A DNA stretch of 64,000 nucleotides from an uncultured Erysipelotrichaceae bacterium (lineage in GTDB: Bacteria > Bacillota_I > Bacilli_A > RFN20 > CAG-826), in contig OMVV01000002.1 in the NCBI GenBank assembly GCA_900314585.1, forward strand, positions 14,681 through 78,680, in the 5' to 3' direction. Positions 47,381 through 56,182 of the stretch are shown in pieces. Position numbers and translations under genes: made by a program. The notes below the pieces were generated by a model. The model ran no database searches, was not told the origin of the DNA, and saw only the letters and a list, made by a program, of their open reading frames with translations. Within the stretch, counting starts at the first letter, position 1. Each line of letters opens with the position of its first letter.

Positions 47381-47773
47381 ATGGTCAAAAAACGCGACAG
47401 TTTCAAACTTACTGTTTCTCATTATAAGATTCTTCAAACAATCAAAGAACTTAATGATTCTCATCTATATCCGACTGCTAGAGGAGTGAATAATATTTTG
47501 ATGGGAAAACCAGATAAAGAAACAAAAATCTATTCCCATTTGAAGACTTATGGAACCCTTATTTCTTTCCCAGGTCGAAAGCTATGTTCATATATATTAA
47601 ATATGACTAGACGCAATTATCTTGGTTACATCTACGATAAGAAAAGTGATGGAATGTATTTAAGAATCACTGAGAAAGGTGAAGGCGAACTCATCCATTA
47701 CGAGAAGCGCCATAAAACTTCGTACCGTAAAAAAGAGCCACATCATAAGCCAGAAATAGTTGAAATTAAATAA
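47381..47773 (+). CDS. Hypothetical basic protein (possible winged-helix)
   Basis: 130 aa, no SD, lysine/arginine-rich C-terminus. Followed by an AACCGCattaGCGGTT hairpin. Confidence 0.35.
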   Translation: MVKKRDSFKLTVSHYKILQTIKELNDSHLYPTARGVNNILMGKPDKETKIYSHLKTYGTLISFPGRKLCSYILNMTRRNYLGYIYDKKSDGMYLRITEKGEGELIHYEKRHKTSYRKKEPHHKPEIVEIK

Positions 47774-47778
47774 AAAGA

Positions 47779-47803
47779 AAACCGCATTAGCGGTTCTTCT
47801 TTA
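47779..47803. terminator. Bidirectional hairpin between convergent genes
   Basis: AACCGCattaGCGGTT followed by CTTCTTT. Confidence 0.4.
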
Positions 47804-48305
47804 AGTAAGAATATGAATTCTTTTGTTCGGTTATTTGTTTTTTCTCACCCATCATCGTTTTGACTGAGACATAAACGGCAACAAGACCATTGAGAATTAA
47901 TAATGCGCCAACGACGTAGGCAATCCAGCCGACGCTCACAAGTGTATGACCGAAACCATAGACATGTTTTTTGCTTGCTTCCATACAGAAGAAGAGAATA
48001 GCGGTTGCGATATTAAGAAGTCCTCCTAACATAACAAGTGCGCTGGTCTTCTTTGAGAAGAGATAGGAGAGAAGGGCTAACGCCATCAAGACGATTGACG
48101 CAATGCCTAATCCGCTAACACCGTTCATATGAGAATTTGTTTCATATCTGGTATCAACAGCATGGAAGAAGAATTGATATCCACTAATTGATCCAAGTGA
48201 ATCATAGTTTACTGGAACGATAAATTGTGGAATTGCTAATAATCCGCATGCAAGAGCAATAACTGCAATTGATGTAATAGCGAGTAATCTTACTTTTTTA
48301 TCCAT
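47787..48305 (-). CDS. Hypothetical integral membrane protein (about 5 TM)
   Basis: Hydrophobic helices throughout. The start lies 16 nt downstream of the tRNA-Gln 3' end, so it is probably cotranscribed with the tRNA cluster. Confidence 0.5.
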   Translation of the reverse strand: MDKKVRLLAITSIAVIALACGLLAIPQFIVPVNYDSLGSISGYQFFFHAVDTRYETNSHMNGVSGLGIASIVLMALALLSYLFSKKTSALVMLGGLLNIATAILFFCMEASKKHVYGFGHTLVSVGWIAYVVGALLILNGLVAVYVSVKTMMGEKKQITEQKNSYSYLKKNR

Positions 48306-48321
48306 CGTTATCTCCTTTATT

Positions 48322-48396
48322 TGGCTGGGGCGACTGGGATCGAACCAGTGAATGGCGAGTTCAGAGCCCGCTGCCTTACCGCTTGGCTACGCCCCA
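48322..48396 (-). tRNA. tRNA-Gln (anticodon CUG)
   Basis: Manual fold: acceptor TGGGGCG/CGCCCCA, anticodon loop CTCTGAA, T-loop TTCGATC, encoded CCA. Confidence 0.8.
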
Positions 48397-48422
48397 ATAT
48401 AAAAGGTGGCGTTTTTGGTAAA

Positions 48423-48510
48423 TGGTGCCCGGGACCGGAGTTGAACCGGTATGAGTTATTCACTCGAGGGATTTTAAGTCCCTTGCGTCTACCAATTTCG
48501 CCACCTGGGC
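48423..48510 (-). tRNA. tRNA-Leu (anticodon UAA)
   Basis: 88 nt with long variable arm, anticodon loop CTTAAAA, acceptor GCCCAGG/CCGGGCA, encoded CCA. Confidence 0.9.
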
Positions 48511-48517
48511 TTATAAA

Positions 48518-48594
48518 TGGTCTCCCGTAGACGATTCGAACGTCCGACCCCTTGATTAAAAGTCGAGTGCTCTAGCCAACTGAGCTAACGGGAG
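48518..48594 (-). tRNA. tRNA-Lys (anticodon UUU)
   Basis: Anticodon loop CTTTTAA, D-arm GCTCAGTTGGCTAGAGC, T-loop TTCGAAT, encoded CCA. Confidence 0.85.
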
Positions 48595-48667
48595 ATGATG
48601 CAATTTAGAAAATTGCTTTGATATTATTACATATTAACTTAAATTAATCACAAGATTAAAACACACA

Positions 48668-48694
48668 AGAAAAAACTCGGCAGATACCGAGTTA
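48668..48694 (-). terminator. Rho-independent terminator downstream of the CotH-like gene
   Basis: Minus strand AACTCGGtatctgCCGAGTT followed by TTTTTT. Confidence 0.55.
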
Positions 48695-48713
48695 TTCTTA
48701 AATAGCTAGCTAA

Positions 48714-50156
48714 TTACCAAGTAGCAATTAAATCTGTTAAATATTGTAATTGAGCGGATAAATAATCTTTATCACATTTAAGTTCTTTCCAATATGAACC
48801 CATCGGAATTCCACCGACAGATATAACTGAATTCATGATATCCCATCTAGTGAAGTTTACTTCTTGAGATACCGATAACGAAACGGCTTCTTGATCGATG
48901 AAATTCATTAAATTTGTTTCAATAGACCCTTTGATCGCATCCCATTCTTCCTTAACAATTGATTTGAAATATGGATCATTAATTAATCGACTGTAATAAA
49001 GATGATTAACGAGACTATGATTTGGATTTGGTCGTTCTCCATTATACCAACCAACACCTAATGACCATTCCGCATCCCACATTGGGCCATATTTAAGTTT
49101 GCTGCCATCAGTATTGTCATATTTATAGATATATCTATTTGTATCTTGGTTAACGATAATATTTTGCGCAAGGAACCACTTTGCCCATTCATGAATATCG
49201 ATGTAATTGCGATATCCAGTAGTCGGGTCAAATGCGGTTTCATCATCAGCATATAAAACTGATTCGAATTCATTCATCAAATTCTTTGTGTAGTTCATTT
49301 GTTCATCACTGATTTCATCATCAGGGAATTTGAAATTGAATGAATGCCCACAATCAGTAGTGAATTTCAATTCTTCATCATCGTATTGAGAGTACTCTAA
49401 TATAAAGCCATCATCAGAAACATTGACACGGTCGATTCCTTCTTTGACAGTTTCAGTTAGCATGTAATTGCCGACATATTCTCCATTGATAATTAAATCG
49501 ACGAAACGATAGTCGATTGTATATTCCATGCCAAGGAGTTCGCTTGTCTTAAACGCAATAGCGTTTCTTAGCAAAGTTTTATCGGAGTAATTTGCTAATA
49601 ATGCCCAGCTTTTATTTTTATTCATACCAAGCAATGATTTCTTCGCTGATAATTTGAGTTTGTACGGTTTCTTTGGATAGTTCCAAGTCGCATTACCACG
49701 TCCTTTAATTTCCATTTCATATTCATTGACACTTGAATCAGTGTTAATGATTTTCATACCACCAGAAACATAAGTTTCCTTGCTAGCTATTGGCTCATTA
49801 TTTGTGTTAATCGAAATTATTGGTAAACCAGTATTTAAAGAAAGCGTCTGTAAGACTTCATTGCAAAGATCACAAACGACTTCAACTTTGTAATCTTCAT
49901 AATTTTCGACTTCATCACATGAATAATGTTTTTCTCCATCATGTAAACAAACATGAGGTTCGCTGCTAGAAGTTGTTGATGCGGTAGAACTAGTGCTTTG
50001 TTGAGTAGTGGTTGGCTCTGATGGAGGAGTCACGTCTGAGGTTGAACTTGAAGTTGTTCCGCTTGTAGTAGGTACAATTTCTGACTCACCACATGAGACT
50101 AAAAGTAAGCTAAAAAGTAATATTGTTATTTTTCGAGCTTTTAAGTGTTTGTTCAT
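48714..50156 (-). CDS. CotH-domain lipoprotein (CotH kinase-like family) with Ser/Thr-rich stalk
   Basis: Lipobox ILLFSLLLVSCG. A 40-aa S/T/P-rich linker. CotH-like core GRGNATWNYPKKPYKLKL...KSWALLANYSDKTLLRNAIAF...YVGNYMLTE. Start at the second ATG (50154-50156), which gives a canonical signal peptide. Confidence 0.55.
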   Translation of the reverse strand: MNKHLKARKITILLFSLLLVSCGESEIVPTTSGTTSSSTSDVTPPSEPTTTQQSTSSTASTTSSSEPHVCLHDGEKHYSCDEVENYEDYKVEVVCDLCNEVLQTLSLNTGLPIISINTNNEPIASKETYVSGGMKIINTDSSVNEYEMEIKGRGNATWNYPKKPYKLKLSAKKSLLGMNKNKSWALLANYSDKTLLRNAIAFKTSELLGMEYTIDYRFVDLIINGEYVGNYMLTETVKEGIDRVNVSDDGFILEYSQYDDEELKFTTDCGHSFNFKFPDDEISDEQMNYTKNLMNEFESVLYADDETAFDPTTGYRNYIDIHEWAKWFLAQNIIVNQDTNRYIYKYDNTDGSKLKYGPMWDAEWSLGVGWYNGERPNPNHSLVNHLYYSRLINDPYFKSIVKEEWDAIKGSIETNLMNFIDQEAVSLSVSQEVNFTRWDIMNSVISVGGIPMGSYWKELKCDKDYLSAQLQYLTDLIATW

Positions 50157-50200
50157 TTGTCTACATAATAACCACATGTGAAATATGTGTCAATTTTAAT

Positions 50201-50224
50201 AAAAAACACCATAACGGTGCTTGT
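50201..50224 (-). terminator. Terminator after the tRNA Val-Tyr-Gln operon
   Basis: Minus strand GCACCgttatGGTG followed by TTTTTT. Confidence 0.5.
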
Positions 50225-50228
50225 AGAC

Positions 50229-50303
50229 TGGTTGGGGTGGCTGGGATCGGACCAGCGAATGCAAGAGTCAAAGTCTTGTGCCTTACCACTTGGCTACACC
50301 CCA
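50229..50303 (-). tRNA. tRNA-Gln (anticodon UUG)
   Basis: Acceptor TGGGGTG/CACCCCA, anticodon loop CTTTGAC, encoded CCA. Confidence 0.9.
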
Positions 50304-50308
50304 AGAAG

Positions 50309-50392
50309 TGGTGGAGGAAGGTGGATTTGAACCACCGAACCCGAAGGAATTGATTTACAGTCAACCGCGTTTGGCCGCTTCGCTATTCCTCC
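50309..50392 (-). tRNA. tRNA-Tyr (anticodon GUA)
   Basis: GGAGGAATAGCGAAG...CTGTAAA... with long variable arm. Closely parallels B. subtilis tRNA-Tyr. Encoded CCA. Confidence 0.9.
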
Positions 50393-50405
50393 ACTTTGCT
50401 GTCAA

Positions 50406-50481
50406 TGGTGGATGTTAGAGGGCTCGAACCTCTGACCCCCGCCGTGTAAAGGCGATGCTCTCCCAACTGAGCTAAACATCC
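50406..50481 (-). tRNA. tRNA-Val (anticodon UAC)
   Basis: GGATGTTTAGCTCAGTTGGGAGAGC, anticodon loop TTTACAC, T-loop TTCGAGC, encoded CCA. Confidence 0.9.
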
Positions 50482-50505
50482 AATTACACTTTGACGTGCT
50501 TATAA

Positions 50506-50534
50506 AATATATCATTATGATATAGGCAAGTCAA
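50506..50534 (-). promoter_or_regulatory. Candidate sigma-A promoter of the tRNA Val-Tyr-Gln operon (TTGACT-17-TATATT)
   Basis: Read on the minus strand. The predicted start site lies ~17 nt upstream of the tRNA-Val 5' end. Confidence 0.5.
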
Positions 50535-50551
50535 CGTGATTTTTGTGTAGT

Positions 50552-51832
50552 TTAATAACCCTTTTTGCCAAGGAGATGGAACATGTTCTTTTTATAAACT
50601 TCAACACCTGGTTGGTTGAATGGGTTTACATCAAGAAGATATGCTGACATAGCACATGTTTTCATAAAGAAATAGAAGAGATAGCCCATATTGAAGGCAT
50701 CAAGTTTATCTACTTCAATGATAACGTTTGGAACATTACCGGTTTTGGTGTGTGCTTCAAGAGTACCTAAGAAAGCTTTTTCGTTAACAAAATCTAATGT
50801 TTTGTTTTCAAGATAATTTAAACCATCAAGATTTTCTTCATCATGTGGGATAACAACTTTGTTGTTTGGCTTCGAGACATAAAGGATTGTTTCAAACAAG
50901 ATCTTTGAACCATCTTGGACAAATTGTCCTAAAGAGTGAAGATCAGTGGAGAAGGTTGCAGAATCTGGAAGAAGCCCTTTTCCATCTTTTCCTTCTGATT
51001 CACCGAATAATTGTTTGAACCATTCACCAAGTTGACTTAGACGTGGTTCATAGGAAACGAACATTTCAACTGGTTTCTTATGGGAATAGAAATAGTCTCT
51101 GATAACGGCATATTTATAAGCTGGATTTTGCTCAATTGATGGATTTTTGCAGTCTTTTTCGGCTTGTAAAGCACCTTTCATAAGATTGTCGACATCAATG
51201 CCTGCACAGGCAAGTGGGAATAGACCAACGGCTGTGAAAACAGAATAACGTCCACCGATATTGCCTGGAAGATTGAATGTGACATAACCTTCTTTGTTTG
51301 AAAGTTCTCTGAGAGCACCCTTGCTTGAATCGGTTGTAGCGAAGATTGCTTTACGAGCTTTTTCTTTACCAATTTTTTTCTCGAGGAGATTCTTAACTAA
51401 TCTAAACGCAATAGCTGTTTCTGTGGTGGTGCCACTTTTAGAAATAACATTAATTGCGAATTTCTTGTTTTCTAAATAGGAAAGAACATCGTGAACATAA
51501 TCACTAGAGAATGTTTGACCTAAGAAAATAATTTCTAATTTGTCTTGTGATTTTAAACCATTGAGAGCTTCAAGTGCTGCTCTAGCACCTAAGTAAGATC
51601 CGCCAATGCCACAGACAACCAAGACTTCATAATTGTTGCGAACTTCTTTAGCGTATTTCTTAATTGCTTCGAATTCGACTTTATCAAAAGTTTCTGGATA
51701 TTTGACCCAACCAGTGTAGTCATTACCAGCACCTTTGTTTTCTTCGATCATTTGATTGATGCTATTAACTCTTTCTTTGTATGAGTCATAATCAATCTTA
51801 GTTAAAACATGTTCATCATTAACTCTTAACAT
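50552..51832 (-). CDS. pgi: Glucose-6-phosphate isomerase
   Basis: 426 aa. SIS-domain motifs (GIGGSYLG, GGRYS). AAAGGAG lies 8 nt upstream. Confidence 0.9.
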   Translation of the reverse strand: MLRVNDEHVLTKIDYDSYKERVNSINQMIEENKGAGNDYTGWVKYPETFDKVEFEAIKKYAKEVRNNYEVLVVCGIGGSYLGARAALEALNGLKSQDKLEIIFLGQTFSSDYVHDVLSYLENKKFAINVISKSGTTTETAIAFRLVKNLLEKKIGKEKARKAIFATTDSSKGALRELSNKEGYVTFNLPGNIGGRYSVFTAVGLFPLACAGIDVDNLMKGALQAEKDCKNPSIEQNPAYKYAVIRDYFYSHKKPVEMFVSYEPRLSQLGEWFKQLFGESEGKDGKGLLPDSATFSTDLHSLGQFVQDGSKILFETILYVSKPNNKVVIPHDEENLDGLNYLENKTLDFVNEKAFLGTLEAHTKTGNVPNVIIEVDKLDAFNMGYLFYFFMKTCAMSAYLLDVNPFNQPGVEVYKKNMFHLLGKKGY

Positions 51833-51834
51833 AG

Positions 51835-52197
51835 TTAAATCTCCTTTTTAGCTTCTTCGATCCATTCTGGGAGCTTGTTTTTTAATGCAGTGAAATCAAT
51901 GTATTGAGGGTCGATTTTTTCTTTCTTAACCCCGTTACGATGATATTCATCTTTTTCTTCTTGAGTTATTTGTGACATCGAAAGTTTCAAGAAACCATCT
52001 TGTTCAATATCGATAATCTTTACTTGATAAGTTTTTCCGATTCTTAAATATCGGGAAATGTTTCTAATATATGTGTTAGCAATTTGTGAAATATGAAGAA
52101 GACCCTTTTGTCCATCTTCGAAGATCATAATTGCTCCGAAAGGCTTAATTGAAATAATTGTGCCTTCGATAATTTGGTTAATTTTGTAAGTGTTCAT
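51835..52197 (-). CDS. S1 RNA-binding domain protein (YabR/CvfD-like)
   Basis: S1 fold (GTIISIKPFGAIMIF...GLLHISQI). Start at ATG 52195-52197; the track start is TTG. Confidence 0.7.
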   Translation of the reverse strand: MNTYKINQIIEGTIISIKPFGAIMIFEDGQKGLLHISQIANTYIRNISRYLRIGKTYQVKIIDIEQDGFLKLSMSQITQEEKDEYHRNGVKKEKIDPQYIDFTALKNKLPEWIEEAKKEI

Positions 52198-52864
52198 CTT
52201 TTTCAATATACGCTTTGATAGCGTTGGTATCCTCTAATCTAGTGATCTTAGCTAGTTTCTCTTTACCAGGGATGATGGCAACTCTTTTTCCTAACGCTAG
52301 GAGAAGTTGAGTATCATCAGTAGCATTTAAACTGGCTAATTCCTCGTGTGCTTGTTTAATAATTTGGGTGTGAAATGCTTGTGGAGTTTGAATGCGATAT
52401 AGTTTGTCACGATCAGCAAAAGCAGTTAATTGTTCGTTTTCAACTTCGACGATTGTATCAACCATTTTTAAGGCTGGTGCTGCACCATCGAAATCTTCAA
52501 GTTTCACCAGCAATTCGTGGATAATCTCATCATCGACGAGTGGTCTAGCAGCATCATGAATTAAGACGTTTCCTTCGCTTGGGAGAGCATCTAATCCGTT
52601 ATGCACGCTTTCTTGACGTGTGTTTCCACCATAAACGATTTTGCTAGCTTTAGAAAACTTGTACTCTTCAACAATTTTTTTGATTTGATCAGCATCATCC
52701 TTGTTAATTACGAGGACAATTGAATCAATTTCCGAATTGTTTTGAAATGTTTTTAATGAGTAAAAAATCGTTGGTTTGTCGTGGATTTTGTAAAATTGTT
52801 TTTTTATTGATCCACCAAATCTAACGGAGTTTCCAGCCGCAACAACAATCGCGAAATTTTTCAT
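52178..52864 (-). CDS. ispD: 2-C-methyl-D-erythritol 4-phosphate cytidylyltransferase
   Basis: AIVVAAGNSVRFG N-terminal motif. 228 aa. Confidence 0.85.
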   Translation of the reverse strand: MKNFAIVVAAGNSVRFGGSIKKQFYKIHDKPTIFYSLKTFQNNSEIDSIVLVINKDDADQIKKIVEEYKFSKASKIVYGGNTRQESVHNGLDALPSEGNVLIHDAARPLVDDEIIHELLVKLEDFDGAAPALKMVDTIVEVENEQLTAFADRDKLYRIQTPQAFHTQIIKQAHEELASLNATDDTQLLLALGKRVAIIPGKEKLAKITRLEDTNAIKAYIEKDEHLQN

Positions 52865-53710
52865 TTATTCTCCACTTAATTTGCGGAAGGTTTCTTCTTC
52901 TTTTTGCTTTAATTCGTTATCAACAGCAATTTGTTTGATAATGGATTTAACAGTGTTATCTAAGTTTGAACCTTCTGCATAGTTAGCAGTGAAAGCAAAG
53001 TTAACACGTTTTTCTTTAACGAGTCTTTGAATAATTGCTTTGTCCTTCTTAGAATAGATGGCAATTGATTTACCACCTGAGTTCTTGAGAACTTGCATAC
53101 ATGGAACGTCAGTCATACCATCACCAAGATAAATCATATTGGTGTATGGGACACGGTGTTCTTTTTCTTTTTGGTTAATCTTGCTGTCATCTCTTAAATC
53201 AGTCGCACCTTTAGATATTCTAAAGAGGTATTGAGTCTTTTGAGTGTAGTTAACAGCTTGTTTTGGCCAAACTGGTTCTTGGGTTTGTGGATCAAAATAG
53301 AATTCACAACCATAGATTTCTTTGAAATGTTTCGCTATCGAGCAGCCTTCAACAATTTCTTTTGTACCAGAACTTAGTAAATAGTGTTCAACTTTTACAT
53401 CATGTTGTTGACCATATTTATTGATTCGTTTGAACCAATTCTCAACGCCAGGGAAAAATTCAATATTTTTACCGCACTCATTAAGGAACTTTTTAGTGAG
53501 TTTAATACCTTTTTGTTTTGCAAGGTAAATCATCATATACATATATGAGAGGATTCTTTCAACTTCACTTTTCTTTGAAAATTCCCCAGTTGCGCCCCAG
53601 AATTCATCAGGTTTCATTCCTAAGGCAGGAATAAAAGAATAGTTTTGCATGTCGGTTGTCGATAATGTTTTATCGAAATCATACATAATTGCGACTATTG
53701 GTTTTTTCAT
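52865..53710 (-). CDS. HAD-superfamily hydrolase, subfamily IB-like (phosphoserine-phosphatase-like)
   Basis: Motif I DFDKTL and motif IV GDGMTD. Start at ATG 53708-53710 (GAGGT upstream); the track extension begins on TTG. Confidence 0.65.
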   Translation of the reverse strand: MKKPIVAIMYDFDKTLSTTDMQNYSFIPALGMKPDEFWGATGEFSKKSEVERILSYMYMMIYLAKQKGIKLTKKFLNECGKNIEFFPGVENWFKRINKYGQQHDVKVEHYLLSSGTKEIVEGCSIAKHFKEIYGCEFYFDPQTQEPVWPKQAVNYTQKTQYLFRISKGATDLRDDSKINQKEKEHRVPYTNMIYLGDGMTDVPCMQVLKNSGGKSIAIYSKKDKAIIQRLVKEKRVNFAFTANYAEGSNLDNTVKSIIKQIAVDNELKQKEEETFRKLSGE

Positions 53711-53784
53711 ATGTCTTACCTCGCTTAAAACATTACCAAAAGGTAAATGTGATGTCAAATTATGTAGTTGGCAATTATGCCAAA

Positions 53785-55017
53785 TTATAACTTCTTGTAT
53801 GGAAGAGGATATTTACTTGTTAAAGCAATTTCTTTTTGATGAATTTCTTTAAGTTTGGCTTCATCATCTTTGTTTAGAATTGCTTCGTCAATGTATTGAG
53901 CGACTAATTCCATATCAGATTCGACAAAACCACGAGTGGTAATAGCAGCAGTGCCAATTCTGATTCCACTTGTAACCATTGGAGGAAGTGGATCACCAGG
54001 AATTGTATTTTTGTTAACGGTGATTCCAACTTTATCGAGAAGCTTTTCAACTTCTTTTCCGGTTAATCCTTTTGTGGAGTAAGTATCGACTAAAATTAAG
54101 TGGTTATCTGTGCCACCAGTAATGAGCTTGTAGCCACGTTTTTTAAGAGCTTCAGCAAGGGCCTTACAATTGCAGACAATTTGCTTGCAGTATTTGGTGA
54201 ATGAAGGTTCAAGATCTTCAGAAAAACATATGGCTTTTGCGGCGATAATGTGCATTAATGGGCCGCCTTGGATGCCAGGGAAAAGGCTTGAATTTACCTT
54301 CTTATAAATCTCTTCATTATTGGTCAAAATCATACCACCACGAGGACCGCGTAAAGTCTTGTGTGTTGTGGTGGTGACGATATCGGCATATTCACATGGA
54401 TTTGGATGTAAACCAGTGGCAACTAAACCAGCGATGTGAGCCATATCAACCATAAAATAGGCACCGACTTCATCAGCAACTTTCTTAAAGTAAGCAAAGT
54501 CGATGATTCTGCTATAAGCAGAGGCACCAGCTAAGATGAGTTGTGGTTTTTCTTTAAGAGCGAGTTCTCGCATTGCTTTATAATCGATAAAACCATTTTC
54601 ATCGACGTCATAATGAACAAAGACATAATCGCTTCCAGAGAAAGATAATTTGTGACCATGGGTGAGGTGACCACCATTTGAAAGTGACATTGATAGGATC
54701 TTGTCACCTTTGTTTAATAAAGCACGATAAGCAGCCATGTTGGCTTGGGAACCAGAATGAGGTTGAACATTTGCATATTTAACGTTGAATAATTTTTTGG
54801 CGAGTTCTTGAGCTTCTCTTTCAACCATATCGACGTTTTCACAACCGCCATAATAACGGCGACCTGGATAACCTTCCGCGTATTTGTTGGTTAAAATTGA
54901 ACCACAAGCTTCTAAAACATCATTGGAAACATAGTTCTCTGATGCGATTAATTCAATGTTGTTTTCTTGTCTCTTTAACTCGGCATTAATAAAGTTTTTT
55001 ATGACTGTATTATTCAT
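53785..55017 (-). CDS. glyA: Serine hydroxymethyltransferase
   Basis: PLP-lysine motif [14 protein letters not shown]. 410 aa. Confidence 0.95.
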   Translation of the reverse strand: MNNTVIKNFINAELKRQENNIELIASENYVSNDVLEACGSILTNKYAEGYPGRRYYGGCENVDMVEREAQELAKKLFNVKYANVQPHSGSQANMAAYRALLNKGDKILSMSLSNGGHLTHGHKLSFSGSDYVFVHYDVDENGFIDYKAMRELALKEKPQLILAGASAYSRIIDFAYFKKVADEVGAYFMVDMAHIAGLVATGLHPNPCEYADIVTTTTHKTLRGPRGGMILTNNEEIYKKVNSSLFPGIQGGPLMHIIAAKAICFSEDLEPSFTKYCKQIVCNCKALAEALKKRGYKLITGGTDNHLILVDTYSTKGLTGKEVEKLLDKVGITVNKNTIPGDPLPPMVTSGIRIGTAAITTRGFVESDMELVAQYIDEAILNKDDEAKLKEIHQKEIALTSKYPLPYKKL

Positions 55018-55040
55018 ATGTTTTACCTCAATTGTTTATT

Positions 55041-55069
55041 ATCATACTTACTTATAGTAAAAATGTAAA
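55041..55069 (-). promoter_or_regulatory. Candidate glyA promoter (TTTACA-17-TATGAT)
   Basis: Minus-strand hexamers with 17-nt spacer, directly downstream of the tRNA-Leu terminator. Confidence 0.45.
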
Positions 55070-55070
55070 T

Positions 55071-55093
55071 AAAAAAAGCAGACTTATCTGCTT
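55071..55093 (-). terminator. Terminator after tRNA-Leu(GAG)
   Basis: Minus strand GCAGAtaagtCTGC followed by TTTTTTT. Confidence 0.5.
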
Positions 55094-55107
55094 AATTTTT
55101 ATAAAAA

Positions 55108-55192
<85 letters not shown>

Positions 55193-55242
55193 AGCGATAA
55201 TAAATATATCACTAATAATCAGATATTCACAAGTGAAAGATT

Positions 55243-55509
55243 TTACTTTTGGCTTTCCTTATATTCTTTTAAGGCTTTTGCTAATTGATCTGGACAACTT
55301 GTGACACCTGTTCTTGAACCACGGCAAGGAATTCCTTCGAGCTTTTGAATAACTTCGTCTACATTCATTCCTTCGACAAGTTTTGCGACTGCTTGACGAT
55401 TGCCATGACAGCCACCAAAAATCTCGACGTGTTTAACCACACCGTTATCGACAGAAATGCTCATTCTTTGAGCACAGACATTCTTTGGAGTGTATTCAAA
55501 ATTATCCAT
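55243..55509 (-). CDS. TSCPD-domain small protein (4-Cys)
   Basis: Literal TSCPD motif (GVTSCPDQ) plus CAQ...GGCHGN...C. 88 aa. Confidence 0.6.
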   Translation of the reverse strand: MDNFEYTPKNVCAQRMSISVDNGVVKHVEIFGGCHGNRQAVAKLVEGMNVDEVIQKLEGIPCRGSRTGVTSCPDQLAKALKEYKESQK

Positions 55510-56081
55510 TATTCAACGATTTCTCCGTAGATTTCACCAGAGCACATACCGGCGTTACTTTCATCAGTATCGATATGCATTGCTAAAGCAAAATCATCTC
55601 TAACTCTAATAACGACATCATCGAAGATAACCTTACGTCCTTCGCGTCCAGTTGCGACTTTGACGATTTGACCATTCTTAACGCCGAATTCTTCAGCATC
55701 CTTTGGAGTCATATGGATGTGACGTTTAGCAACAATGACGCCTTCTTTAATTTCGACTTCACCACAAGGACCAACAATTTTGATACCTGGAGTGCCAGCA
55801 ATATCACCTGATTCACGGACTGGTGCTTGAATTCCAAGAGTTCTTGCGTCAGTTAATGAAACTTCAACTTGGTTGGCTTTACGAACTGGTCCAAGGATTG
55901 AGACTCCTGTGATTGTTCTTTTTGGTCCAACTAAATCAAGTTTAGTGAATGAGGCAAATTGGCCTGGTTGAGAAAGCATAGCTTTAACTTCAAGTTTGGC
56001 ACCTTTACCACATAAAATTTCCAATGTTTCCTGGGTGACATGGATATGTCTTGCAGATGTTTCAACTAAGATTTTTTTCAT
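55509..56081 (-). CDS. pduL: PduL-type phosphate acyltransferase (phosphotransacetylase/propanoyltransferase)
   Basis: Two PduL repeats (RHIHVT...; AKRHIHMTP...). AGAAGG lies 8 nt upstream. Overlaps the TSCPD gene start. Confidence 0.75.
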   Translation of the reverse strand: MKKILVETSARHIHVTQETLEILCGKGAKLEVKAMLSQPGQFASFTKLDLVGPKRTITGVSILGPVRKANQVEVSLTDARTLGIQAPVRESGDIAGTPGIKIVGPCGEVEIKEGVIVAKRHIHMTPKDAEEFGVKNGQIVKVATGREGRKVIFDDVVIRVRDDFALAMHIDTDESNAGMCSGEIYGEIVE

Positions 56082-56182
56082 AATAAATACCTTCTTGCGA
56101 GTAGTATTGTAGCATATTTAAAAAATATTTTGCTTTCTTTATTAAATTAAAGAATATAAAATTTTGGAGAAAGGAAGCGAAA

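Noticed and set aside
48321-48530. Plus-strand ORFs overlapping the tRNA clusters (48321-48530, 50123-50353, 50161-50364, 55032-55304).
   Set aside because: They are fully explained by the minus-strand tRNA genes. GC-rich tRNA sequence simply lacks stop codons.
48601-50228. Searched for integrase genes or direct repeats of tRNA 3' ends flanking the CotH-like gene, the signature of an integrative island.
   Set aside because: No repeat of either tRNA-Gln 3' end in the flanks and no recombinase. The insertion hypothesis rests only on context, not on att sites.
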